Assembly: GCA_002269645.1 (NCBI GenBank) | Contig: NIVC01001988.1 | Location: 1-64,000, forward strand | Direction: 5' to 3' | From: Macrostomum lignano | Lineage: Eukaryota | Length of the DNA: 64,000 bases | Shown here: positions 1 to 12,189 of the stretch, one piece after another | How the letters are laid out: the number at the start of each line of letters is the position of its first letter | Numbering within the stretch: the stretch's first letter is position 1 | Translations under genes and position numbers: made by a program | Notes under the pieces: model-generated | What the model saw: only the letters and a program-made list of their open reading frames with translations | Database searches by the model: none | Told to the model about the DNA's origin: nothing

Positions 1-1892
1 CTCGGCCGCAATGACGACTCCCCAAGGCTGCTGCGAACCATGCAGAGAAAGAAAGACCTCGCAGTTTGGATGAAAATGGCCGCAACTGAGCGAAGCGCGG
101 AAGTCAAGGACGAAAAGAATCACGTGCAGAGTCACGTGTTTTTATTGGACGTAGCATTCGTAGATCCTTATGCAGTGGACGAGCGAAACTACAACATCGA
201 AGAGCTGTTTCGACACACGGAGACCCTCACTGGTGGCTACAAGATGAGCCGTTGTTTTTACCCATACTTTGTTCCGGAGGACACTATCTCCGGCCCAGTG
301 ATTGTCTATCCAAAGAATGACGTCATAATTGATCGGGGAATCGGAAGCCCGCACGTGCACTGGCTGACGGAGATCTACCTGGTGAATATCTACAAGGCGT
401 CGCTGTACTACTGCATCATTCCTCAAGAGGAGGATTACGGCCAGCTGGAACTCGGTGACGAGATACTGGTGACCCCGCGGTTCGGACAGCTGCTGCATTA
501 CTCGGAGAAGCGAAAGTTCGGTGGCGGTGCCCAGGAGTCAACGATGTCAGATAGCCTCTGCGAGCAGATACAGATCTACCTAAGGTAAATATCTGATAGC
601 TTCAAGCTGCGAAGTCTGTCTGCATATAGCATTGACGGTTTGACACTTTATTTGATATTAAGAAGGCATTAATATAATATTGAGAAAAAGTGGGTTCAAT
701 CTTTTTTCACTTAAACTTAACCAAACTTCAGGTACACACGAACTTGCTTCATGGAGGACGGCCCAATCTTCAAGCTGCACATATTTTTCTTCACTAAATG
801 CAACGCGCCTTCGTGGCTTGCCGATCCTGCAAGTGACGATGTACAGCTGGACATGAGCAACCCGCTTTACCAGAACGCCCTGCACAAAGCCCTCGACGTT
901 GTCACTGTGCGAATTTTCATCAAGGATGCCGAACAGCAAATCACAGCCAAGAACGTGATGACATACGACGACCTTGATGACACTGAGGACGTCTTCCGGC
1001 CGATGAAAGGCGAAGGTGGCCAGCTGCTATGCGATCCGGTTGGCTCGCAGCAGGCCGCTGCGTACATGGCACCTTCGGATGCTTCGTCGCGAGTGGGCAG
1101 CGAATCGCAGAAGACGGCACAAGCACTCAGTGGCACCAGCACGGAAGTCGCCCTGGTACCCGCGACATTTCACTGCGGATAATCGATTCAACGGCTGCCC
1201 GCGGTATTGGCGAGCTGCTGCACCACGCCAGCAGTGCCTGCGAGACCGTGCACTCGTTCAGACAGGCCGCAGATCCTGCTTTGGAGCTCAACTACGACTG
1301 CGACACTCTAGGCATGACATCTTTGTCCTATCAGCCCGACCTAATGACACCCACCAGATCTCTCCGCCTTACTGGAAATCAGCTGCCTCAGAAATATTCC
1401 GCTCAGCAGTTCCAGCAGCAGATTCAGGGACGCGATTCGGACCTGTTCGACAATTCTCGTTTTTCGCTGATATCTGACGATCCACTTCTGCCCCTGCCAC
1501 CGCAGGCGGCCTCAACACAACCTGCCGCTTTGCCGCCGCCTGAAGTACAACAGCAACAACAGCAACAAGAACAACAGCAGCAGCAGCAGCAGCAACAACA
1601 AGAGCAACAACAGCAACAAGAACAACAGCAACAGCTGAATTTGCCGTTGCAGGCGCGGCTTAAGCAAAGGAGGCCATCGCTGCTGCTTGACGTGTCGCCA
1701 CATTCGCAACTGCCTGATCCGATGCCAAGGCCGCCGCAGCCGACGCAGCCAGTTGCGCAGACGCTTTCATTGTCACAGAAGTCGTTGGAGCAGCAACCAC
1801 AGCAGCAGCTGGCCCTGCGCAGCGACTCTCCTCGGGCGTCTAGAAAAGTGTCTGCCGATGTTGACAAAAGCGAGGAACAGGCGGAAGACTAG
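1..1892 (+). CDS. Unknown protein, 5'-partial, with low-complexity polyQ C-terminal region
   Basis: The frame is open from base 1 to AG|GTAAAT at 584. Intron 585-731 ends TTCAG and rejoins in frame (R-YTRTCF-MEDGPIFK, ORF 751-1182). Protein-like sequence continues in ORF 1029-1892 after an apparent -1 shift near 1155-1180. No family recognised. Confidence 0.55.
1548..1636 (+). repeat. CAG/CAA trinucleotide tract encoding polyQ
   Basis: Mixed CAA/CAG run inside ORF 1029-1892. Confidence 0.85.
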
Positions 1893-2614
1893 CAGCAGCA
1901 GCAGCAGCAGGAGCGAGGGCGAAGACAATGAAACGTTATAAAGCAAGCCTGAGACGCTCGTAACTGTAGTCAGTTTCACGTACTGTAGTTAACTGAATGA
2001 AACTTGCTTTTGTGAATTGCTTATTAGTACATGCATAGACACCTGCGTTTTGCTCTGAAACTCGGACGAGAGTTTGAATTTTGATTTTTTAATATTTTTC
2101 GTGGACAGTTTATGCACGAATGTAGCTCCAGCCAGGGTACGCCTTTGTTCTCAATGAAAGCATCTAATAAGCTCAAACTGCAAGTTGCGCATAAACAGGT
2201 CCTGGTCCTTGAATTGTCTCGGAGGAAAAAATCGGCTCAAATAAAGTCAGTAAGGCCTTTTTAACTACTCAAATAGTAGTAGCCGCAGTGACTGCAAATC
2301 GTAAAAAGAAACTACTTGTTTTTCAATGATGGTACCATGTCCTTTTTTTGAAAAATTGGAATAAACTGCAGGGCAAAATAGCAAACGCTAGTTCTGGCTT
2401 AAGCAGAACTGTTAGAGTAAAAGATAGCCAGCAGAAAAACAAACAACGCAGACATGTAGAGAATTGACATACTGGCTGTTTTGTTTTACTGAGGTGAGTG
2501 GTCTGTCGGATTATAAAAGTACATTTACGAGTAAAGAGGGGAGAGAGATAAAACTTCCACCAAACCAAACACTGAGATTTAATCCAGTTATTTTTAACAA
2601 CTCTTCGTCCGGCG

Positions 2615-3071
2615 TCAAGGCGTCGGGGCCAGGAGGGTGACGGAGGCACAGCCGGCCATGCAGACACCGTTGGCGGCGTTGCAGGCCAGGATGGCGGCGG
2701 GCACGGCAGTGCCACCCGTGGAGACCCCGGCAACGCCTCCGGCGGCGGCCACGCAGGCGACCCAGACGGTGTTGCAGCCGGTCTGGCAGACCCCGTAGCT
2801 GGCTACAGCGCCGATAATGCCGGCCTCGGCCTGCAGCTGCGGCCCGCCGATCAGCAGCAAAGCCAGCAGGGCGACTTTGGTGACGAACTGGATAGCTGAA
2901 TCAAAGCGAACGTAATAAAAGCAGTTTATGGTATGCACACTTGTACTACGAGCTAATTTTAAATTCTTAAGCATGGGTTCTTTCTTAGACTTATGAATAA
3001 ACAAGTTCCTAGCGTCCTTTATTAATTATTTGTGTGAGTTTTTAATATAAAATTATAATATACTTACCCAT
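2615..3071 (-). CDS. Small secreted 6-Cys hydrophobic peptide, copy A (resembles the YGICQxGC...ACN...C family annotated as zygote-specific class V / fungal cysteine-rich protein)
   Basis: Exon 1 is ATG G (3071-3068) followed by the donor GTAAGTA. Intron 3067-2896 ends TTCAG; exon 2 is 2895-2615. Product: MAIQFVTKVALLALLLIGGPQLQAEA-GIIGAVASYGVCQTGCNTVWVACVAAAGGVAGVSTGGTAVPAAILACNAANGVCMAGCASVTLLAPTP. It has a signal peptide ending AEA and a paralog at 13.8 kb with the same intron. The family name is from memory, not a search. Confidence 0.85.
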
Positions 3072-3829
3072 TGCAAATTCGCTAGGTGAGATCTGTTGCT
3101 GAACGATTCGTTCGCAATAATCTGACAGCAGACTTAGTGTCGCGAGAACAGGGGGAATTTCTAGCTGAACAGCCCCAACTACTTGTATTTATGGTGGTCC
3201 TTCCCTGCGTACGTACGGCCTGCCATGGGGTGGAGGGGTGGGGGTGGGGGGTTAGACAGGGAAGCGAAAACAGTTTTAACTTGCGTTCCTCTGTGCTTGC
3301 AAAGGGCGTGAGTGCGTCTTCCTCACATGTGAATTTCCAAGAAATCTATTTTTCTTTCTTTCCTGGAAATTCCAATCTAGGCATTTTAGCACGTGCTGGG
3401 TAAGACTTGTCGCTAAATTTTTATTGCGAGTGCGCCTGCACTTGCTCCCCTCTTTTTCTTTCTCTATCTGCCCCTGGGCCCTGTCTAACCATCCACCTTA
3501 TCTTTAATTATTCAATGCCTCGGCCACAAATCAACATGTACGCCATCCTCCGTTCCGCCTGTCTCTTATCTACGTTTGTTCGTTCGTTATTCTGAAAATG
3601 TACGTTCAACCTCCCGCTGTACTTGTCTGGACCCAGTCCCTTCTTATTCAACATGGACGCTGTATTGGGTATGGGGGGTTGGTAGAGTTGGGCTTGGGCT
3701 GTCGTTCTCTCCTTTGTAGCGTACACTATGCAATGCACAAGGCCCAACTTTCCACAACAGGGGGGTTCATAGTCCGCCCATGGGCTTCCTCTCAACTTTC
3801 GGGTACACTCAATGCCACTCACTCTTAAC

Positions 3830-4552
3830 TAGGGATTGCAAATCCCGGCTGTCCCCCGGATCCCGGACTAAGCAATGACTCAATCCGGGATCCCGGACCC
3901 AATCCCGGGATTGACATTTTAAATATTTTTGCCGATAGAAGGCCAGAAAACCCGCTTTTTTAAACGTTTTTTAAAGTAGTAACTTTTCTATTTGATTTTA
4001 CTAAAAAAACGAGAACACAAATGTGTAAAGCAGTAATAGTGTGTAATACATTTTATATTTCTCGACTTGACAGCATTACCGAGTATTCTATTATCTAATA
4101 TATAATGGTTTCTTTTCTTGTTTTGTTATTTTCTACACTTGTAACTTACGAGCTCGTAATCGTAATGCATGCATGCAAAATTATCTCCCAGTCATTTTTC
4201 AATGCTTTTATGTACATAACACAAAGTTACACAACCTCACAAGTTACACAAGTAACACAAGTAGTCAATTACACAAACACAACACAAGTTTGAGACTCGC
4301 ATGTATTGTCTGTATTGTATAATTTGGATTGTATCACGATTCGAGAATCGAGAGTCACGTCACGATCACGACTCATGATCACGACGCGCGAATGTTACTT
4401 GTGTAATGTATTTAAAATACAAAAATTTTGATATTTCCTGGATATCACCCACTTTATAAAAAAAGTTTCCAATCCCGGGATCCCGAGCCCCTAATCCCGG
4501 GATTCCGTCAGGCCAAAAAGTGTCCGGCCGGATCCCGGGATTGCAATCCCTA
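3830..4552. mobile_element. Non-autonomous hAT-type DNA transposon (MITE), 723 bp
   Basis: TIRs TAGGGATTGCAA(A)TCCCGG at both ends. Perfect 8-bp target-site duplication CTCTTAAC at 3822-3829 and 4553-4560. Subterminal CCGGGAT/ATCCCGG repeats and no transposase ORF. Confidence 0.92.
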
Positions 4553-4723
4553 CTCTTAACACCAACCACTCGAGGCTTGTTTTAAATAATCAATCGATAA
4601 AATTAAATGTACACTTGCGGCAAGCTGTGTTTCGATTGTAAAAGAAGGGGAAGAAAGTGGCCAAGGGCACCCCCCCACAAGGCAGGCAGGCCGGCCCGAG
4701 CGCGCAAACGCGGTTCGCCTCGC

Positions 4724-5394
4724 CATCATAAACCCGAAAAATCACAACTCCGAAAGCACTTCCCATCATAAACCCGAAATATCACAAACCCGAAATATCA
4801 CAAACCCGAAATATCACAAACCCGAAATATCACAAACCCGAAATAACACAAACCCGAAATATCACAAACCCGAAATATCACAAACCCGAAATATCACAAA
4901 CCCGAAATATCATAACTCCGAAAAACAAAATAGCAACGCCCATCATAAACCCGAAATACCATAACTCCGAAATTAATAGCAGGGCCCATCATAAACCCGA
5001 AATATCATAAACCCGAAAAATCACAACTCCGAAATTAATAGCAGGGCCCATCATAAACCCGAAAAATCACAACTCCGAAAGCTAAAATAGTGTTGGGCAT
5101 TGCTAGAAATTTTGGAGTTATGATATTTCGAGTTTATGATATTTCGGATTTATGATGGGCGTTGCTATTTTGTTTTTCGGAGCTGTGATTTTTCGGGCTT
5201 ATGATTTTTCGAGTTTATGATGTGCGTTGTTATCAATTTCGGAGTTATGATATTTCGGGTTTGTGATATTTTGGGTTTGTGATATTTCGGGTTTGTGATA
5301 TTTCGGGTTTGTGATATTTCGGGTTTATGATATGATATTTCGGGTTTATGATGGAAAGCGCTTTTCGGAGTTGTGATTTTTCGGGTTTGTGATG
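4724..5394. mobile_element. Foldback-like palindromic element with internal 16-bp tandem repeats
   Basis: The left arm (CATCATAAACCCGAAAAATCACAACTCCGAAAG...(AAACCCGAAATATCAC)n) is the reverse complement of the right arm ending ...TTTTTCGGGTTTGTGATG. There is a short central spacer near 5085-5110. No clean TSD. Confidence 0.7.
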
Positions 5395-5485
5395 CCCCCC
5401 TCGCAAACGCAATGACAAAATAAAATTAGAAAAGTACACTATTTACGCTTCATAGGTCATATACAAAAGTAACGATAATAATAGA

Positions 5486-7219
5486 TAGGGAAATACAATT
5501 CCGTGATCCCGAAATTCCGGGATTAGGGTTTGCAATCCCGGGATCCCGGGATTGCAAATACTCGCCGGGATTTATCGGGATTGATAATCCCGGGATTATC
5601 CATGGACGGGATATGCCGATCCCGACAATCCCGGGATTGACAGAAGACCGGGATTTTGCAATCCCTACCCGGGATTATGCCTGAATCCCAGGATCACACT
5701 TGTCAGGGATTCGAAAATCCCGGGATTGACCATCGGGATCCCGATCCCGGTTTTCAATAATTCAATCATTCATTATCGAGTAGTATAGTATCTGCAGCTG
5801 AGCTACCTGTCAGGTGAAAATCATAAACCCAGTTGGCCTGCTTTTGATTTATTAATCTTTTTAGCATGCAGGCTAGTGAGAAGGCCAGGGCTGCAGGGAT
5901 ACAAAACTGAAGTTGTGGCAGTTCGTAGGAGATTTCGGGTGTAATAATTTACGTGCAACTGTATGCATATGGTACTCGCAGACTATATTATTCTAAAACC
6001 TGTGCACAGAGTCTAGACTCTAAAGCAATAGAAGCCAGTTTCTCATAGTTTCCTATCACAGCGCTATAGCTTGCCAGACGGGTGTCAAATCATTGTTCAT
6101 TTGAACTCTGAGTCTCTAGTAGGGAATACAAAATCCCGAGTTTTGCCCATCCCGGGATTTTCCGAATCGAGATATCCCGGACTTTGAAAATCCCGGGATT
6201 CTCGGGATCGGGATATCCCGGACTTTGCCAATCGCGGGATCCCGACGAATTGGGCCGGGATCCCGGAATTGAAAAAGTTTCTCATCTTTGTTGGTGCAAA
6301 TTTGGCTTTCGAAGCCATCTAACCTGATTTTAATGGGCTTTTAATAATAAAGTAGAAGAGAATAAAATATTTTGCAAACAAGAAACTTACAATGAGCTCT
6401 GAATTGGAGTGTGATGTACGGGCTGGCGTAATGGGCGTGCTTTTTTACATGCCAGTATCAGCTCAGGAAAATCACACTCGATTTTGATGTAACCTGGGGA
6501 ATGATAGCTTACAGCAGAGCTATGACCCGAGGTACTGATAACAAGTTAGAAGGGGATCAGAGTCCAGACTCAGACCTCCCCTCCCGCCCTAGATGGAGAA
6601 TTGCATGGTAGCTTGGGTTATTCGGATAGCAAGGTCCCACTGTTCTAATCCCAACTATACGGCCAAGGAGTTTTAAAGTATCGACTGCTTAAAGTAGTTC
6701 TGTCATCACCCCTTTGCTGCATGCTGGGCAATCTAAAGGGTTTCCTGACAGTGCTGAGAATGAGGTCTGTCGCAAAGGGGGCTTCTGATCTGTACAAGGT
6801 CGAGACCCCTTGATTTTAGCTGCATGGGTTTGAGAAGAGGGAGAGTTCAAATGAACAATAATTTGACTCCCGTTTGGCCAGCGTCATCGCTGCGATCGGA
6901 AACGATGAGGAATTCGCTTCTACATGTATTGCTTTAGGGCTTAGGCTCTGTTCACAGGTTTTTGAATAATAATTACATTAGTCTGCGAGTACCATATGCA
7001 AGACAAGACAAAGCAAGACAAATGGGTGATGATCTTCACGTGACAAATAGCTCAGCTGCAGATACTCTACTACTCGAGAATGATTGATTGAATTACTGCG
7101 AACCGGGATCGGGATCCCGATGGTGCAATCCCGGGATTTTCGAATCCCGGACAATTGTGGGCCTAATGGGCCCAATCCCGGGATTTCGGGATCCCGGGAA
7201 CCCGGGATTGTATTCCCTA
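5486..7219. mobile_element. Nest of hAT-type non-autonomous elements with TAGGGAATAC termini
   Basis: TAGGG(A)AATAC termini at 5486 and 6120, and inverted at 7219. Dense CCGGGAT subterminal repeats. Parts of 5486-6109 are the reverse complement of 6842-7219 (e.g. 6073-6109 vs 6842-6878). Confidence 0.7.
5524..5667. mobile_element. 144-bp mini hAT element nested in another hAT end
   Basis: TIRs TAGGGTTTGCAATCCCGG / TAGGGATTGCAAAATCCCGG. Flanks are TCCGGGAT and CCCGGGAT (7/8 TSD match). Confidence 0.7.
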
Positions 7220-7804
7220 ATAGGTACGGTATTAATGACAGTTTATTTTCGAACAAAAGTAGCTACTTTCAAACCACCAGCACGTAGAGAGTTATTAAAA
7301 TTTCACTGTTTATGAAATTTTATAAAATTTAACACAGAATTTTAGATATTGAAAACTTTAAAAGAAGGGTATTACTGTTGCATCTTGCATGTGACTAAAA
7401 CCGTGGTAATAGGATGGTGAAACTGGTGATTGGTATCTAGCTTCTTTTGATAACTTAGCTGGTTAGACCCCAATATTGTAACGCTGGAGCCAAATACAAT
7501 GGAGCGATTAGTTTCTCTCAAATGTCTCTGCCAGTGCCAGTTTAGTCCATTATAGTAAGTAACCAATAGTTACGAGCTACGACCGAAGGAAGTTGATAGT
7601 GAGGTCCGGGAAACAATTTTGGATGACAAATTTTGATAAAGAATTGCTGTAAAATTTTAGCATTTTTGGTCCCCTGATTTGAGCCAGGTGTCAAAATGCG
7701 TAGAAAAGATGGAATTTTATTATGAAATAACAAAAACGGAAATTCCACTTTTGTACACGAAAAATACCAAAAACCTCTAAAACGGCCCTTTTTCGGTTGT
7801 TACA

Positions 7805-8335
7805 GTCTGCAGCTATTTGCTTTAGATTGCTGCTGCTGTGTGCTGCAGCCTGATGCTGTCTGCTACAAATTGCTGCTGTGTGCTACAGCCTGATGCTGTC
7901 TGCTTCAGATTGCTGCTGTGTGCTGCAGCCTGATGCTGTCTGCTACAGATTGCTGCTGTGTGCTGCAGCCTGATGCTGTCTGCTACAGATTGCTGCAGCC
8001 TGATGCTGTCTGCTACAGATTGCTGCTGTGTGCTGCAGCCTGATGCTGTCTGCTACAGATTGCTGCTGTGTGCTACAGCCTGATGCTGTCTGCTACAGAT
8101 TGCTGCTGTGTGCTGCAGCCTGATGCTGTCTGCTACAGATTGCTGCTGTGTGCTGCAGCCTGATGCTGTCTGCTACAGATTGCTGCTGTGTGCTGCAGCC
8201 TGATGCTGTCTGCTACAGATTGCTGCTGTGTGCTGCAGCCTGATGCTGTCTGCTACAGATTGCTGCTGTGTGCTGCAGCCTGATGCTGTCTGCTACAGAT
8301 TGCTGCTGTGTGCTGCAGCCTGATGCTATCTGCTG
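7805..8335. repeat. 40-bp minisatellite
   Basis: Unit TGCTACAGATTGCTGCTGTGTGCTGCAGCCTGATGCTGTC, about 13 copies. Confidence 0.92.
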
Positions 8336-8539
8336 CTGTCAGCTGCTAGCTGCTTCCTGGTGCCATCTATTCTAGTCCGGCTTCAATAGTTGTCTGCTGC
8401 TTTTTTGCTGTCTTCTGCCTGCTGCCTTCAGCTGCCTTCTGCTGCCATATGGCACTGTCCACTGATGTCTGCTGCTATCTGCTGCTGGGTATTGCTACTG
8501 TATGTGCTACGCAACTGCTTCTGCCGATTCTTGAAAAGT

Positions 8540-8640
8540 GGCACAGCATTGCAGCGTGGCATCACCAAATCGCGCGCGCGCACCTTTGTCAGAAAGAGTC
8601 CGGAGGCGGAAAATGCATACTTTGATTCGCATAAACTGAG
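8540..8640 (-). pseudogene. hAT transposase C-terminal dimerisation-domain relic
   Basis: Reads CESKYAFSASGLFLTKVRAR, then after a shift in a (CG)n run RFGDATL. This resembles the hAT motif SERAFSxAGLFLTKLRSRLxDxTL. A TIR-like end (CCGGGGTTGACATACCTA) lies near 8760-8778. Confidence 0.45.
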
Positions 8641-10488
8641 TTTCAATCGGCTTTCTGTGAATCTTTTTCTTATTTAAATGGCAAAAATTAGGTTACAAAT
8701 CCATTTTTTTAATATTTTTTCTCCCCGGGATCCCCGGTCCAATTCCCAGGGGAGCACTACCCGGGGTTGACATACCTAGTACTCCCGAATGGGAACATAA
8801 GAGTTCGGATACGTTGCCAAGAAGAACCTCCCAGGCTCTGGCTTCTTAACGCAGCTATAAGATAAATGCTTGGAGTTGATTTTAGCTAATTAACAGCTAG
8901 GGATCTTTTGTCATCTTAATTGACCCAATTTCAAGTCTGTGGTTTACGGCAGCTGGCCGGGTGTTTTAATTCCCTGAACACACCCTGCCAGCCGTCTATC
9001 TTCATTATGCAAATGCCAAAATTGAGACAGAACGCCAAGGCTCCGTTCATCCATTAGGGAATGTGATGAAATGGGTGGAATGTGAAGTTTAAGGAATTGG
9101 AAGTTCGCTGTTACGTATACTTCTTCGAAGGCTTTACTCACGACTTTTCGTTTTCATTTTCGAGTGAGCACATTTAATATTTGTCAAGATTTTGGGCTTT
9201 TTGACACTGAGGACACCGAGGATTACCAGCTATATTTACCAGCAGTAGAGTGCCAAGTTCACCCATATTTGATAAGTTTTCTTACTTTCATGCTAGAATC
9301 GACCAAACCCGAACACACGAAACTCAAGGACATCGTTGAACTATCTGTTGCAAACCTTCTGAAACAGCTGTTGCTATTGTTCTTATGGGGGTTGCTATTG
9401 CGCGGATCCCCCATCCTGTCAATGCTGCTTTTGTTCCTTTTGTACCTTCTATGGGTTTGAAGCAGCAAATAAAGAAGTTGTTCCTACATGTCAAATGCAC
9501 TCCTGATGTCTGACGTCCTGTCCTGTCTTGACTCTTAAATTTTATTGATGTTCACTTCACTTCGAGCGGATGTTATTCTTCAGATTAAATTTGCGTGTAC
9601 TTGTTGAGACGTGCATGCTCGACCACTTACATTGGTGTAGTGCTTGGATGAAAAATCTGGCACCTATCTGCAGCCTATTCGAATTTAGCGTCACTACACC
9701 TCCACCCACCCCCCCCCCCTACTTATACTGTATTCTCGCAATTGGATTCAAATCAACTAATTGCAGTGCGAACGCTTTTGATCACTCGTAGAGAATCACT
9801 TAATTGTGTGACAAATTGATGGGATCGTCAAGGATTGCTCGATAGCTAACTGAAACTTTGTGTGAAAGAGCCTTTCAGGACATGAAAACATTGTTAAGCT
9901 GCAGCATTCTGTGAGGACAACTCTAACTCTGCACAATAACTTTACGGTCGTACAACATAGCTTTGGTGGTACTGCTATGCCGCTTTGTGAAGAGTTCGCA
10001 AAATGCTGCTTTGGTTCTCTTTCTCTCTCCCTCTCTCTCCCTTGTTATCTTCCTAGGGACGGGAGACAGACAGAAACTAATGCTGGACGCGCGGTCACTC
10101 CTCAGCAGGGGCAGCCTCCACAACGCTAAAGAAGGGGAATGAGTTGCATATTTTAAATTATTTTTTCCTCCCTTCAAAGCAAAACGTTTGGGAAATCTAT
10201 GTTGCATCCTATCCCCCTTCTCAGTGGCGTAGCCATATGTTTTTCGTAGGATGACCAGGGGGATGGGGGTAGCGAGCCTCTCCAACTGGAGAAGGAAAAT
10301 AGAAATGTTTGATTAAAAAAGCGCAACTGCCACTGGAATTCTCACTCACCTGAATTTGCGGGTCATTACCGCTGCGTCCACCCCGCCACCCCAATGCGAT
10401 CGGGCAAAATGCATAAAGCAGCCAGTATAGCAGCAATAGACGCGCAAGCCTTTTGCCCCGTAGACAGAACTCTGTAGAGCCGCTTATC

Positions 10489-11302
10489 ATGCAGGCCTCA
10501 TTAATTCTGCCGCTTTTCTGCTGCTGCGTCGCCTTCCGCTGCTCCCTTGGCGTCGAATTCAGTCCGTTGGGCTGCTTCGTGGACAGCCCAACTCGAGACA
10601 TAACCGGCCTTGTAGGCAGGTCCACCATCGGGCCCTACTCGGTGAACACGCTGAGTGTCGACCTCAGCAATATGACCCTGGAACTGTGCAGCCGAATCTG
10701 CGCCTATGGAAACTTCAAGTACTTTGCTACTCAGTACTCACGTTCATGTGTCTGTGGGAACTCGTACGGCGGCTTAGGCCAGGCAGCTGACAGCGACTGC
10801 AACATGAACTGTGCTGGAAACCCCGCTCAAATTTGCGGAGGATTTTACAGAAACTCAGTGTACCGGCAGGTCTACCTTCGTCCAGGTGAGTTGCAACACG
10901 GAGACAGCGATTCTGACGCTCTCAAACCTACGGTTAGGGCTAGCGTCTAGCGCTTAACCTGTCATGTATAAAGGTCCCAGCTCGCATAATGATCTGAGAC
11001 ATGTGACCAGTTACCAAGGAGATGATTATAACCCGCGATCATGACTAATTATGGATTGCACTTTCAGCCAGCGGACGCTTCACCTGGGCTGATCGAGTCT
11101 ACCTGAACGTGACCTCCTCCAGCGCGCCTTTCTACCGCACCGTGCAGCCCGTGAGGTGCCTGACCGACTGCATGGTTCGCTGCGGCACCGACTGCCAGGC
11201 CGTGTTGTTCCACCTGGACACCTAGCCTGCCACCTGCTGAGACTGCCCGCTCTGCCGCACGAGCTGGAGTACGTGCCTGGTGAATTCTTCCTTCGCGTCT
11301 GA
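10489..11302 (+). CDS. Secreted WSC-domain protein with C-terminal PAN/Apple-like domain (one apparent frameshift)
   Basis: Signal peptide MQASLILPLFCCC..., then WSC motifs GCFVD, MTLELC...C, YFATQYSRSCVCGN, C...CAGN...CGG..RNSVY. Phase-1 intron 10886-11067. Exon 2 reads CLTDCMVRCGTDCQAVLFHLDT, then after a -1 shift at 11223 ACHLLR...FFLRV* (stop 11300-11302). Confidence 0.78.
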
Positions 11303-12189
11303 GCGATCGGATAAATGAGAGTTGAGGAGACGAGACGAGTCACCGCAAGGACCCTAAAAAAGCAGAATTTGTCAGTTTAACTCTGTGATTAGCGGAACTC
11401 GAAGCGAACCCCTTTTGACTCATTCAATCCTGATTTCATTCTGTGGTTAAGCGCTCTGTCTCAGTACAGAACTCTGATTGTTAACCATTTTTAACTCTGA
11501 TTAAGCGCTCTGTCTCAGTAACAGAACTTTTTAATTGTTAACCATTGTTATTTATGTGATTAAACACCGTCTCTGGAAAAATTAACTTCCCTAAACCTGT
11601 CTGTTTGCTCTGTGATTAAGACCAATCACACAGCAATAACTCATTGATTTCTTTAAGCGTGGAGTGACTCTTTTATTAGGCTCTTCCCTCTTTTTCTTAA
11701 TCTGTCCTGTGTTTTATCGTGTCCAACTTTGCAGAAAGAACTTTTTTCACTAATTAATAAGTTCAAAATTAGTCGACGTGCTTGACAAGCAGTCGCTTTG
11801 TTAGCAAAAAACACATGTTTTGTTATCAGTCGGCAGTGAAACTTTCCACTGATCTCTTTTGAAACAGTCAATCTGTAATTTTTTAGAAAGTGTCTACGTC
11901 TTGATGAAACAAGACCGTCAGGCTACGAAGAGAGTCAGTTGGTTCTAATATATTCAAGCTCGCAATTCGTCAAACTCAACTCCGTACGCCCAGACCCGTG
12001 AAGAGAGAATGGAGGGCACTACGCATGGAGGAGGAACTGGAAAGAGGCAATGAACAGCGAGGTGACGCATCGCGACCTTCCAAAATTGTCCCGAACCCCC
12101 CCCCCCCTATAGCCCCACTTAAACAAGACAATTCTTACTGTAAGATCACGACCACGGAAGGAAACTCTAATTGTCAATAGAACATTGTC

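Noticed and set aside
10222-10335. CAGTGGCGTAGCC...GCCACTG short hAT-like element
   Set aside because: Only 7 bp of terminal symmetry and no TSD.
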